A DNA stretch of 64,000 nucleotides, taken from assembly GCF_009914755.1 (NCBI RefSeq), contig NC_060930.1; one strand, given 5' to 3'. The number at the start of each line of letters is the position of its first letter. The first letter of the stretch is position 1. The notes below the pieces were generated by a model that saw nothing but the letters and a program-made list of their open reading frames with translations, was not told the DNA's origin and did not search any database. The translations under genes were made by a program, and so were the position numbers. Origin of the DNA: the human T2T-CHM13v2.0 reference genome, Homo sapiens. Positions 28,093 to 41,490 of the stretch are shown piece by piece.

Positions 28093-30899
28093 TGATCTAA
28101 AACAAGATATGCCACAAAAGATTATTTTTTAACTAGATATGTATTGTGTGGCATTTCCAGGTGGAGAGGTTTGCCTACTTTATGCTTGGATTAAAATTAT
28201 TTGCCAAAGTGCTATCCAATTGACATGGAGGAACAGTGTTGCAGAAGCAAGCAGGTGGATGACAGTAGCTAGTGTGCGATATCAAGTGAGCCTTGAATAA
28301 AATAGAAAGTTCATATTCAATAAGTGAATAATTAATTTCTTATACTCAGTTTCCATGCTTATGACCTGGTGGCATACATCTGAGGGACAGGGTAATCCAG
28401 GAGTTAATGGAGGGCAAATTCTAAAATGCCCTGAAACTTATCTTGCTATAGAGAATGATGCCAATGTCTACTAGGTTTCTGCTTGTTAATTTCTATGGTT
28501 GCTGCTACTGGGGAAATTGTCTTCATTTGCATTGTCTTTCAGTGACCTACCTGGAGGCAAACACCTGCAGACACTTTATGTTCACAGAAGTATCACTTGG
28601 GACAGAGACCCACATCCATTCAGTGCAACCAACTATACTAAAATAACATTATGGGCAAATATTTCAAAGCTTAACATTTCAAATGATTGTTTCACATATG
28701 ATTTTACCCCTTCTTATTGCTCCTGAGTAATATATATCACTGCCAACATAACTTCTTGGCCTATCCTTTGCCCTGTGTGTTTTTAAACTTCTCAGATGGA
28801 ATTCTTAAAGCGTTTTAATTGTAGAGATTAAATTAACTGCATTCAATTTTTTTTAGAGGGAAGAAAAATTCTCTGGTGAAAAAAAATGATTAGATTTCAG
28901 TGGAAAATAAAGAATAAATAAAATAATAAAAAAGAAATGCATTTGGAAATGTGCATCAGTATATATTGCTTATAAATTATGTGTGTGAGTGCATGATTAC
29001 ATATTAAAGAAAATTTGTTAGTCATAATAGAACTATTTTCATATTGTACCACACATGTGTTTATTCTAAGTACAAGTGTACCTGGATATATAAAGAAAAA
29101 TACATATTGTTCACATTATTGTAATTCATAAATTTTACATTTAAAAAATACTCTGAGAAAAAAATTCTGAATGTGTATTGGTATGTTTCTTAAAAGGTGT
29201 ATAAGTGCCTTTAAACAGACTTCTTAAAAATAATAATTTAGGGTCAAAATGTTTCTTTTCTTGAACAAATATGCAGTCTCTTTTTATTTATCTTGTTTGT
29301 ATGTATGTGCATGTGTGTGTGTGTACTTATTAATTATGGTAAAATGAATTAAGCTGATTTGGGATTTCAAGAAACTAAAAAAAACAAAACACAGCTCCTG
29401 TCTGCCCCAACCACAGCCAAATGGTCAAGATTCTATTTGCACCAAACCTATACTCTTTATATTTGGCTTAGTTACAGAGCCCACTGAAGGAGGAAAACCA
29501 AACCAAATTTAAAGAAAATTGCTTAAGCATTTTCAAAGTGATCATGACTTAAAGTAATACATTTGCACATGTGCAGTAAAAATGTAGTTGGTTATTGCTA
29601 TATATATATATATGGATGAAACAATTTAAAATTCTGCACTTAAAGTCCTCTTTCCCTTAGGCAGCCATATTTAAACGTGCTTGTGTTGAGAATTTGGCCA
29701 CTAACTTGGGGCTTTCTCAACTACAGAAATAAACAATAAAATTTTGGATAATTTATATCACATAAATTCATCAGTTAATCTTTTTATTAGAATCAAGAAG
29801 CATCAGGTAAAGCCTCTAACAACTACTTATGCAGATTGTGTATATCTGTATATTGAAAATGAAGAAACTGAGAGACAGAAAAGAAATACTTTGCTGCATA
29901 CAAATGGAGAGATAGGATGTGGCCATAAATACATTTTGCTAAATGACTTAGGGTTCAGGTTTGAAGAGCAACCAACAGAGGAGCTCCCATCTCCAGTGAG
30001 GCTGCAACACCTCTGACCAAATCACCTTCACTCATTTGTTAATCTATTTATTGTCATGGAATTGTCATCATGCTGCTTAAGCATGTGTCTTTCCTCCTCA
30101 ACTAGATTGCAAGCTTCATGAGGATTTATACTTTCCTGTTACTTTCTGTATCTATTCTGTCCAACATTATACTTTTGATAAGAACAGGTTTATTAGATAT
30201 TTGGATGAAAAGAACTTCTTTTCATAGTACAATTCTGTATCATAGTGCAACTTGAATGATCTACGGTATAGAGTTAAAATATTTAAAAAAATGGAAGAAA
30301 TGCAGTAGATACTAAAATAATTGAGACTTTTTAGAAATAATTATTGATTTTTATGGATGTGACTCACACATCTCAGGACTAAAGCATCACAGATTGTGGC
30401 TTTTAATAATGGTCACTTCCTATTTTCTTCAAAGAGGTCATCACGTGTCTCTTGGGCCCACATAACAGAATCTGTCTTCTCTTCATGAGCAGAAATTGAG
30501 ATTCATTATTATCACAGGATATGCCTATTAAATGGGAAGTTGAGGCATTTCTACTTCTTAGATCAGGTAATAAACACTACCTTTAAGAAAAGAGCAATTT
30601 GGTTTTGTCTGAATCTGAAATTTCCATCCTAGAGAATTATAATAATCACATATTGAATATCGTTGTTCTTATTTTCATTTCACTTATTTGGAATAATCAA
30701 GAGAGGTTGAAATTTTAAAAAAATCAAAACTGTATGGACCTACCAGGAAAAGATTCGCTCACCCCTCCATCAGAAATTGAGACCTGCTCAACTCATTCGT
30801 GGATAGACTTGATCCCTCCCTCTCATGGAGTTAATACTAATTTTGAAAATCTGAAATCAAAGACTCATTGATCACTGAGGGTGTATTCTAAGAAAACAA

Positions 30900-31520
30900 G
30901 GAGGCAAATGTACTTTCATTGGCATACAGCGGAGTTAGAAGTTGGGAGGATAAATCTCTCCCAAAACAGTCTGACGAAAAAACCTCACGCAAATCCGGAA
31001 ATATTAATAGACTAATTACCAGTGCTTTCATTTGCAAGTCCCATTCCTTTTCCCTTCTTAGCTTCCCCGCCCACCTCCTCTAACCCTTCATATAGTTCAG
31101 CAAGGGAAGAGCGAAGAAAGGAGGGGGCGGGGGGGACAGTGAACTTAGCCACAAAATAAGTCAAGGGAGAAATGAAGTACTAATTAAGAAAGCCGGGGTG
31201 TTATGCAAATGGCTCTTGCACCGAAGGCAGCCTAATGAATGTGCCCGGAGTGGATGGGGCGCCTTCGCGGCGCCGACAGCTGGCTCCCAGGAAGGTCAGG
31301 AGCAGGCAGGCGCGCGGGAGCATAATCCTTCAGATTGGCAGCTCTGCCCCCTGGTCACCGTTTGATTATCTCCCAAATTGCTGTATTTCACAGAGATAAT
31401 GATTTTTTATGGTCACAGATTTGAAGACAACTGCTGTATCCTCAGGGTTGTCGTTCTGCAAGGAGACACTGCTGCTTCCTTCAGAAGAGAGAGAGAGGGG
31501 GAGAGAGAGAGTTTCTTCTC
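30900..31520. promoter_or_regulatory. Small CpG-rich promoter/enhancer-like element
   Basis: About a dozen CpGs in 31190-31360 against a CpG-depleted background; GC boxes ccccgccc (~31065) and gggggcgggg (~31123); octamer ATGCAAAT 31203-31210; TAATTA 31181; TAATGAAT 31233; reverse CCAAT (attgg) ~31334; (GA)n at ~31486-31510. Confidence 0.7.
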
Positions 31521-31782
31521 CCTTTCTCTCCCTGGCAACTTACTCCCTAGAATGTTTTATTATCATAATGAAAGCAATATGTATTAGTGAAGGAACTGCC
31601 TCTGTTCCGATTAATCCCCAGCTTTCTCCTGTTCTTTAGCCACCGTGGAGTTCTCTTTCTCTGAGCTTCCCAGAGTTCCAGTACTTTCTCATACTCATGA
31701 AGAGATGTGGTCCTCTCTGCAAAACTTAAAATAGTCTGTTCTTAAAAAGAGAAGGTGACAGTTCACGCTGGTGACTCTCAAG

Positions 31783-31783
<1 letters not shown>

Positions 31784-31816
<33 letters not shown>
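31784..31816. repeat. (GT)n microsatellite
   Basis: Direct inspection. Confidence 0.95.
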
Positions 31817-31817
<1 letters not shown>

Positions 31818-32710
31818 GTGTTTACCACGCCTTTTTACTTGGGACCCTTCCTCGGAGGGCTCAAGACAGTGAAGGTGGGAAACTTGCAGTTAACCTCCTT
31901 TAATCCCACTTGGCATTTGCCAAGCACAGTTGGTGGGGTATGAGGCTTTGACCTATGGTCTCTTTTGTGTCTTTTGAAAGAATTTTAAGGTGGGAGCTTT
32001 GACTAGGGCTCCCAAGCAGCATATTCATTTAATTCCAATGTCAAAGCAATCAGAGAAAAAAGAGAAAAGTGTATGCGGTTGTGCCCCTTGAAGACTGGGC
32101 ATTTATAGTTAGCATGAGTTATATGACTTTGGGTGTATTCAAGGCTTTTAGGAACATGTTTATTTTTCTTTAAGAAATTGACCACTGAAGCTCTCGTAGA
32201 AATATGATTTTCCATTGATACTGGGAACATCTTTGTAGTAATTGAACTTCAATTCCTGAGAGAATGCTCTTTGACGACTGGGCATCTGACCTGCTAAGGG
32301 AACATCAAGGTTTTGCCAAGTACTGTAACTCGAAATTATTTCTATTTCAGTTCAGCTTTAATTATTCCAACATTGCTGGAATTTTCATATTTATGAAGCA
32401 AAGGTTTGCTAGGAATTTATATTTGAAATCACTTGTCTCTTCATAATTTAAGAGAAAGGTAAATAGTGTAAATGAATCCCAGTTGGCTTGAGGTCTTGCT
32501 GGTGTTTATCGAGAAAACATGAATTCAAAAGTGGCTTGCTTATATCCTGTTTCCCATCAAATATTAATTTACTCATTTTTAATTATTTCTACTGTATTTA
32601 ATGTGCATTTTATTTGAAAATATACAATTTATTTCTATGTGGAGTTCTGTGTGTTTATCTACAGAGCTGTCTTCCAAAATAAAAAAGGAAAGGTTCTGAT
32701 TATTACTTAC

Positions 32711-32720
32711 CTTCCCATGT
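32711..32720 (-). other. Candidate 10-nt microexon ACATGGGAAG
   Basis: Minus strand reads tgcatc-(t)17-gctacag | ACATGGGAAG | gtaagtaa: strong polypyrimidine tract, CAG acceptor, consensus AAG/gtaagt donor. Confidence 0.6.
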
Positions 32721-33059
32721 CTGTAGCAAAAAAAAAAAAAAAAAGATGCAAAACAGAGTGCTTCTGCAAGCCAATTACCATGCATCAGTAGCCCTTTTTT
32801 TTCTTTAATCTGAAAGGCCTCTCTCTACTCCCAGATGAGTTTACATTGAGAAATAAGTTACCAGCCTCACTACAAAGATGAGATTCTTCTCTGCCAATGG
32901 TGGTATATGTATATTTTGAGTAGCAAAGCCTGTTTTTAAAAAACATGTCAATCTTCCAGTAGTTTCAATGATTATTACCAAGTGTTGCTCTAGAAAAAAA
33001 GAGTCCAGCAGGGTGAAGAAGTGGTGTTGCTGTTTTAAGTGGGGTAGCCAAGCCTTTTG

Positions 33060-33350
33060 AGCCACTTATAGTTGAGATGAGACATGCAGTGAAGGAGAGA
33101 GAGAGCCACGTTCATATGGAGGGGAAGAGTGTCCAGGCAGAAGGAATGGCAAGTTCAAAGGTTTTGAGATTATGTCATGCATGGCTTGTTTGAGAAATAA
33201 CAAGGAAAACAGTGCATTTGGAACAAAGTAAGCCAGAGGAAAAAGGTGGGTGATTAAGTCTGAGATGAGGCTTGGGGGCAAATCATATAAGTTTTATAGA
33301 TGATGAGAATGAGCATGGATTGTAATCTAAGTGGAAAGGACAGCCTCAAA
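33060..33350 (-). mobile_element. L2 fragment
   Basis: gggaagagtgtccaggcagaaggaatggcaagttcaaagg...tgtttgagaaataacaagg. Confidence 0.6.
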
Positions 33351-34524
33351 CAATCTTCTGCAGATGAACACTGAGGATTTACATTGTTCACAATTAAAAA
33401 AAACACTGAAGTGAACATCCTTGTATATAGAACTTTGCTTTTGTGTTTATTCATTTGATAAATGTTATTCAGTGCCTTCTCTGAACCAGCTGCCATGCTA
33501 GGCACAGATAATCAAACTGTGGAAAGAACAGTCTTGTCCCACACAGAGCTTACAATATATGGGGCATGTGATCACAGTTATATTTGATAAATTTCAACTA
33601 TTTTTTAAGAAAATAACTTTAGAAATGGAATTACTCCATCAAAAAGAATGCAGATTTCGAATTAAATACATGTGAGTTTTATATGGAAAGATAAATATCC
33701 ACACTACCCACCTGAAAAGTTGTACCAATACATATGTCAACTACCAGTGGATGAAAGTGACTATCTCCTCCCCTCCACAGAGGTTGCTTCCAGTAGGAGA
33801 CATTGATAAGAGAAAAAATGTATTTCTTTTTTTAAAAAATGTTTCTCTAATTATTAGTTGATTATTTTTACATTTTTCATTTTCATTGTCTTACTAAATT
33901 CAGAGGACTTCCCTTTGTTGCTAATTTTCAACACAAAGGCTAGCTATTACTTGTGTTTTATTCATAGAATTAGCTAACTACAACCACAAAAACTCACATT
34001 TATAAGGGATGTGTTAAATGCCAGCACAGTGAGCATCATTTCATCTAATCCTTACCAAATCAAGGGAAAAAGCACAATTGTTTTTATTTCAGCCCACTAA
34101 ACCATAAGCTCCCTGAGACATGGACCATATTTATCTTGCTTACCACATTTGCCTCTAAGTCTAGCACAGGAATTACCCTAGATAAGAGGCCATATATATT
34201 TGTTGGATATTATATATACATATAAAATTGAGGCATAGGAACTTTAAATAACAAAGCCCCATAGCTCATAAATGGTGGAGCTGAAATTTTATTCTGACCA
34301 GTCTTAGTCCACAGGCTGTGTTCTTGGCCTAGGTGATCTTATTATTCATTAATAAAATTCTCAGCAACTAAAATGTGTGCACACTGCCACTTCCTGCCCT
34401 CCAGGTTCTTATGGTCTGATTGTGCTGCAAATCTACCATCTTAGATTTTCCAAGGGACATTCTGATTTTATGTAACCTTATTCTTTTCAGTAGAGACAAT
34501 ATGATCAACATATAGTCCAAAATT

Positions 34525-35520
34525 TACTTCTCCAGCCATGACCTCCCTGTAAGCTCCACATTTCCTAACTGCCTATTAATTACTCTATCTACATGTTTTC
34601 TGAGCAGCCCAAACTTAACATATCCAATGCAGAACTCTTTATTTCAACTCCACCTTCCCAATCTGCTCTTCCCCTTCGGTCCCCAGTTTCATTAAAGGGC
34701 ACAACCATTTATTCAGGTGCTCAGGTCAAAAACTGAGCAGTCATCTTTGATTTCCATTCTTCTCTCACACCTCAACACATTTCTAAGAAAGTCTGCCTTC
34801 AAAATATTTCTCAGACCTGGCAGCCTTCACCTCAATTTCTGCTCCCACCTTAGGCTAGGCTACCATCAATTCTGTCTTGACTTTCTGGAATAGCCTCCTA
34901 ATTGATGTGCTTCTACCTTTGCCTGCTTATAGTCTATTATCAGGGTGATATTCCAAAATATAAATCAATTCCCTACTCAAAACTTGCAATGAGTTCTCAT
35001 CATATTTGGAATATCTGCAATCCCAAATCCTTTGAAATCTGCCCCCCTGCTTTTCTCTCCTGCCTTATGTCTGCCTTAGTCTCTGCACACCACCTACATG
35101 TTTGTTTGTTTGTTTGTTTGTTTGTTTTTGCTGGTACTTGAGCCTATCAAATTGATTGTCACCTCAGGGCCTTTGTACTTTCTGTTCCTGCTGCCTGGAG
35201 TTCCTCTCTCTGCTTCATTCAGGTGTCTGCTCCAATGTCTTCTTTTTAGAGAGCCTTTCCCTGACCACTTGACCCCAAGTAGTGTCTCCCCTAGCCTGAC
35301 TCCCCTTCACTGTCTGTCTTCTCATGCTGCTATATTATTCTTCATAGCACTAATTCCCACCTGACACTTATTACTTATTTATGACTCTGCTTGTTTATTG
35401 ATTATATTTTCTATTAACATGTGAATTCCAGGAGGGTGGAGACTTTGGGTTGTTCAGAACAAGAACAGTACCTGACGTCTGTTGGACAATCAGTAAACAT
35501 ATTTGAATAAGGGAATGAAA
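34525..35520 (+). mobile_element. L2a 3' element
   Basis: ccaaacttaacatatccaatgcagaactc...cacctcagggcctttgtact...agagcctttccctgaccac...cagtaaacatatttgaataagggaatgaa. Confidence 0.75.
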
Positions 35521-35910
35521 GTAATTGAATTTTATGCCTTTGCCAGATCCTCTTCTAATAAATGATATGAATCCGTTATAAAAAAAACAACAAAAGCATC
35601 AAATCACGTGATCTGATTGACTTTGGAAAATCTAGTTATTATTTCTACCTTGTGAGGCAAATTAATGGATGACCAGTAAGGAAACTACTATTTGGAAATC
35701 TGAGGTTAATTGAATTATGTTTTAATAATGGCAGCCAATGCTTGGATAGAAGTTGTGAGATGTTGAGTTCAGAATGGTCAGATTCTATTAGTGAATCTGA
35801 AATGCCTTTGTTGTCCCTAGAAATAATGGATGAGCTCAGGTGCTTTAGGTAGTCAGGTACTGATGGCAGACTCTAGGAACAAGATAGAGAGAAGTGACCA
35901 GTTATAACTG

Positions 35911-35941
<31 letters not shown>

Positions 35942-35950
35942 TGTGTGTGT
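35911..35950. repeat. (GT)n microsatellite, one interruption
   Basis: Direct inspection. Confidence 0.95.
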
Positions 35951-36384
35951 TATGGCTTAGATGAATGCTAGGATAGAAAAGCACACTGTCACTGTCGTAA
36001 GTGCTCTAAACTGAGGGCCTTCCCTAGATACAGACCTGTCTCAGATTCCCCCTGGGGCTTGCTGAGTTAGGATAAGCTGGTTGGTGTTTTGTTTCAGGTA
36101 AAAATGCATTCAGACAGCACTGTTACCCCAATTTTGGGTACTCTCCTATATCACAAGAAGATAGTACTCTCACTCTCTTCCCATTGTAGACATTTCCTGC
36201 TTAGTATGTAGTACAGGTTTCCTGCTGAAGAGTCAAGTAAAGATCAAGCTCATAGCTGTCTGTTGAGGTGAATTAAGGGTACACATAGGCTAAAAGAGAT
36301 GATATCTCTGAGATGTAAGTTTTGCCATATCAAAGTAAAAAAAAAAAACAAAAAACAAACAAACAAAAAACAAGCTGTTTGTTA

Positions 36385-37680
36385 GATAAAGTGTATTATT
36401 TTCTCAAAACATTTCAAATTCAAATGGTATAAAAGGTTACATGGTAAAAAGTCTTCCTTCTATTCCTGTCCCCTAGATACCTGGTTTCCCTCCTCAGGCA
36501 ATCAACTGTGCCAGTTTCTCATATATCCTTCTAGAAAGAGTTTATTCTTATATAAGAAAATATGTACATATGATGCGTGTGTGTATATGGTGTCATTTCC
36601 ACCATTTTCCATTTAACATTTTTAAATGATAGAAAATGATATTATTCAGCACCTTGCTTTTTTAGTTGGAAAAACCATACAGTGTACTTAAAAAAAAGAG
36701 GCAGACACTGGAGCTGGACTATCTGAGTTCAAATCTTGACCAAACCAATACTATCTAAGTGAGTTTATACAAGTTAGTTAACCTTTCTGCACCACAGTTT
36801 GTTTTTTTTTTTCATCTGTAAAGTGGGAAATCTAATAGTGTGTGCCCTATCAGGTTGTTGTGGATAATTTGATATGCATGGAAAGCACTGAGCACTGTTT
36901 CTGTCACATCAAAACCACCTAGTGTTGCTAGCTATTGTTACTGTAATTGCTTTCATTATTTTTGGATCTTGTAGATCTTTCCATGTTGGCATGTTAAAAG
37001 GCTCCTCATTTTATGTACCTGAATAGCATTCCAGTGTATGGCTGTTTTTACACATATTTAACCATACCATATTTAGGATTTTACCCAAGTATTTTGTATT
37101 GCAAATAAGGCTACAATGAATAACTTTTCACATTGATCATTCTAGAATGTCAAGTTTATCTCCAACATAAATTCCTCAAAATAAAATTGCTTGACCACAT
37201 AGAATGTACATTCCTATATTTTTAAATATTGCCAAACTTCCCTCCATAAAGGTTGTAACAAGTTATGCTCTCACCAGCAGTGTACAAAAATGGTATTTCC
37301 CACATATCCATCACCTCCTTGATAAATGAAAATTTGTATCTATATATTAAACTTACATTCTCCTGATTAGGAATGAGTTTGAGCATAGCTCTATATGCTT
37401 ACGGGACATTTATATTTCTTTTTTGGTAAACTCTCTGTTAATGCATCTTCTACATTTTTTTCCATTGTGGTGTTTGTATACTTGTATGTATTTATATAAG
37501 CTGCTTATGTTTTAGAGAAGAATATATTACAAATAGTTTCCCTGTCGGTAATTATTTTTCTTTTGGCTTTACATGTAGAAGTTTTTGCCATGCACACAGT
37601 TTTTATTTTTATATAATTGAATTACTATATCTTTTTTATGAGTTTGTTGTTTTATCTTTTAGGGAAAAGTTTAATGAATT
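36385..37680 (-). mobile_element. Old L1ME-type 3' fragments with an embedded MIR (~36680-36930)
   Basis: gtcttccttctattcctgtcccc; tattgccaaacttccctccataaagg...ctctcaccagcagtgta; MIR core ctgagttcaaatcttgac...ttcatctgtaaagtggg. Confidence 0.55.
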
Positions 37681-37757
37681 GCAGTTGATGTCTATAGATT
37701 CAAGGGACTCAATTTTGAGTTTATAATTACATCTGGCTTCATCTCTTCCCTATTAAT

Positions 37758-38061
37758 TTTTTTTCTTTTTTTTTTTTTGAGATGGAGTTTTGTTCTTTCA
37801 CCCAGGCTGGAGTGCAGTGGCTCCATCTCAGCCCACTGCAACCTCTACCTCCTGGGTTCAAGTGATTCTCATGCTTCAGCCTCCTGAGTAGCTGGGACTA
37901 CAGGAACATGCCACCATGCTTAGCTAAGTTTTGTATTTTTTTAGCAGGGCCGGGTTTCACCATGTTTGCCAGACTGCTCTTAAATTCCTGACCTCAAGTT
38001 ATCTGCCCGCCTCAGCCTCCCAAAGTGCTGGGATGACAGGCATAATCCACCGCACCTGGCC
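37758..38061 (-). mobile_element. AluS
   Basis: Poly-T, then gagatggagtt...cccaggctggagtgcagtgg...cctcccaaagtgctggga...cacctggcc. Confidence 0.92.
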
Positions 38062-38109
38062 ACTTCCTTATTTAAATTTAAGTTGTGTGAGGGCACGATC
38101 TGTGAAAAT

Positions 38110-38280
38110 TAACTCATATAAATTGCTTTACATTAAGTAATCCATTTAATCCCTGTAATATCCCAAAGAAGTTGGTACAACTATCATTCCCATCTTACAG
38201 AGGAGTAAACTGAGACTCAGAGAGGTTGAGTCACTTGCTTAATATTAAACAGCTACTAAGTGCCAGAATTCCAGCCCATG
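38110..38280 (-). mobile_element. MIR
   Basis: atcattcccatcttacagaggagtaaactgagactcagagaggttgagtcacttgc. Confidence 0.7.
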
Positions 38281-39529
38281 CGCTAGGTTGCATGGAAACA
38301 GAATCAATGAAAAGTAATGATTTTTTTCTATAGAACAGATTCATTTGTTGTAATGTGTGACTAAAGGACTCCAGGCCTCACCATATTCACCCTCTCTCAA
38401 ACCGCAACTCTAACCCAACATAGATACACTGTCCTGGGAAAGCATATATTTTGAGAGTATATTTTCTCAAAATCATATGCACAGAAGTCTCAAGCTGAGC
38501 TTGTTGAACAATGTTTCTCCTTCTCATATAGTGATATTAAAAAAAGGGCAGGGGCGGGGGATGGGGGGCAGGGAATGTCTTCCCTTTCTCTCCCTATACC
38601 AAGAAGAGTTTGCATGTCAACCCTCTTCTACACTTATCTATGGAATTGAGTTTAAGCCATCAGTAAATAAGAAATCTAATGATGACCTAAAACTGGACAG
38701 CAGTGGGCTTAGGCTTGGGCACCACCAAGATTTATGAAACACTGCGTCTTTAAGGTCTTATTTGCCACACCTTTTGGGATTGCAGGACAAAATCCTGGTG
38801 TTACATTTGATTGGCAATGACATCTGTGCAGACGGAGAAAGTAAAAGAGGTCCTTGAAGTAGCAACATGTTGACACTGCCCTCTTAAACTGGTTAACAAA
38901 TTGATCAATTGGGCTATTTTATTCCAACTGAATACTCATACTAAACAAAGCTAAAAATACTTGGCACATTTTACAAAACAAATGTATCTTGGAAGTTCAT
39001 CTTTGTAGCATCCTCTATGTTCCTATTCCAAAGAGCATCATTAAGCATTTCATTCAATATTTAATAAGTTTATTTTTTTAACCTCAGAAACATTTTAAAT
39101 TATTTTTAAGTGATTAATTCTAACACTAAGCATTAAAATGAAATCATTCAGACTTGACTCTGGGCTTGATTTTTCTGGGTGTAAGCGTTCACTTTCCTAT
39201 GCACAGCACTACTGATAAAAATAAAGGAAATTAACCCAAATTTATTAAGCATAATAAACCTGCTATTTATCAAGATGCCTAAACCCTGAACTCTAGCACT
39301 TGGCTTTGTCTGGGCATCACACAGAGCTTTAAATAGCTTATCAGCTATAATCACCTTATGAGATCTTATGGAGAGCTAGAAGAGGGACCAAAGGATGTAA
39401 GGTAGAAATTGGAATCATGTTTTATATAATTATGTTACAGACTTAAAATACGGAGTATTTTGCTCTTTCACATAGAAATACTACTTTTTATTACCATGTT
39501 TTTGATAAGCCAATTTGTGATGTGCTTTT

Positions 39530-41490
39530 TAAAGCAACTTTATTGAGATAAAGTTCACATATACACAATTCACCTATTTAAAGTGTACAATTAGTGTATT
39601 CAAAGATATGTGCAACCATCACCATGGTCAATTTTAGAATATTTTTAGCACCCTCAAAATAAATCTCATACACTTTAGCTATCAGCCCCTACATTCCCAA
39701 CCCCCAGCCCCCAGCCCTAGGCAACCCCTAACCTACTTTGTGTCGTATAGATTTCCCTGCTCTAGAGATTTCAAATGAATGGAATTATATAATATGTGAT
39801 CTTTTGTGACTAGCTTTTTTTCCTTAGCATAATGTTTTCAAGGTTCATCTATGTTGTGGCCCTTACCAGTAATTCATTGTTTCATGGCCAAATAATATTC
39901 TACTGCATGTATATGCCATATTTTGTTTATCCTTTCATCAGTTGATGAACATTTGGATTTTTTTCTACCTTTTGGCTATTACAAATGATGCCGCTGTAAA
40001 CATTCACATATCAGTTTCTGTGTTGGCATATGTTTTAATTTCTCTTGTATATATATCTAGGAGTGGAATTTCTGGGTTATATGATAATTCTGTGTTTACT
40101 CTTTTAAAAAACTGCCAGACTGTTTCCCAAAGTGGCTTCACCATTTTACATTTCCACTAGCATTGTGTGCAGTTGTAACTTCTCTACACTCTTACCAACA
40201 GTTATCTATTTTTGTTTTGTTTTGTTTTTTAATTATAGCCAAGCTAGTGGACATGAAATAGTATGTCATTGTGGTTTTCATTTGCTTTTCCCTGATGGCT
40301 AATGATGTCCATCCCCTGTACCATTTGTGTGTATTCCTTGGAGAAAAGTCCTTTTCATCTTCTTTGCCCATTTTTGAACTGAGTTATTTTTCTTATTACT
40401 ATTGAGATGGCATGGTTCTTTCTATGGCATGGTTCTTTCTATATTCTGGATACAAGTTCTTTATCACATATATGATTTGAAAATATTTTCTCCCTTTCTG
40501 TACGTTGTCATTTCACTTACTTGATAATGTCCTTTGAAGCAGAAAAGTCAATTTTTTATAAATTTAAAATATTTAATGAATTTAAAATAGCAAGGATAAT
40601 CTCATTGCATATCAATGTAATACTATTTTCTATAAAATTTACTATATATCCCAACCCGACCCCCCACAAAGTTATTGGGAAGAGTGACATTGTTCTACAT
40701 GTTTGCAAATGTCTTGAACATCCAGGTTTGTAGAAGCCACCCAGATTCTCCTATCTGCTTCCTCATTCAGTCTTTTGAGATATGTTATTTTGGTTGAAGC
40801 ATATGGAAAAAAATCTCCTCTCACAATATGTAGTTAGCAAAAGGAGGAATATTTTAGTAGCCTTTTAAAGATAATTGTAGATATTCTTTTCTGATACCAC
40901 AACAAAACTTGGTAAGTGATAGTTTCTTTTATTCTCAAAAGTTATTGATATTGATGAGTTCAGTATATGTTTTTCTTTTGCTGCTTGTGCTTTTGGTGTC
41001 ATACCTAAGAATTTTTGTCAAATCTAAGTTTATGAAGTTTTACTACTATGTTTTCTTTTAAGATTGTATAGCTTTAACTCATATTTAGAACTTTTGAGTT
41101 AGTTTTTGTAAATGGTATGAAGCAAGAGTCTATTTTTATGCACGTGGCTATTCAACTATCCCATTACCATTTGTTGAAATGACTGTTGTTTTCTAATTGG
41201 AAAATCTTGACACCCTTATTAAAAAACAGTTCACCAATTATGAGGGTTATTTCTGGATGTTCAATTCTATTTCACTGATCTATATGTTTCTCCTCGTGCC
41301 AGTACCACAGTCTTGATCACTGCTGCTCTGTAGTAAGTTTTAGAATGTGAATGCATGAGTCCTTCTACTTTGTTCTCCTTTCTCAAGATTGTTCTGGCTA
41401 TTCTGAGTCCCTTGCAATTCCAGATAAATTTTAGGATCAGTTTGTAAACTTCTACGTAGAAGAACTGGAAAGCTGATAGGAATTCTGTGA
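39530..41490 (-). mobile_element. L1MB-type 3' element, interrupted at ~40545-40935
   Basis: caactttattgagataaagttcacat...aattcacctatttaaagtgtacaatt; aaactgccagactgtttcccaaagtggc; gtgcttttggtgtcatacctaagaa; ccagtaccacagtcttgat. Confidence 0.8.
40680..40928. mobile_element. Charlie1-family (hAT) internal fragment
   Basis: aagagtgacattgttctacatgtttgcaaat...gattctcctatctgcttc...tgttattttggttgaagcatatgg...gataattgtagatattct...caaaacttggtaagtgatagtttctt matches the remembered Charlie1 internal sequence. Confidence 0.65.

Noticed and set aside
30900-32800. Assigning a gene name to the promoter and microexon
   Set aside because: No coding exon or UTR that I can confidently recognise; a BLAT search is needed.
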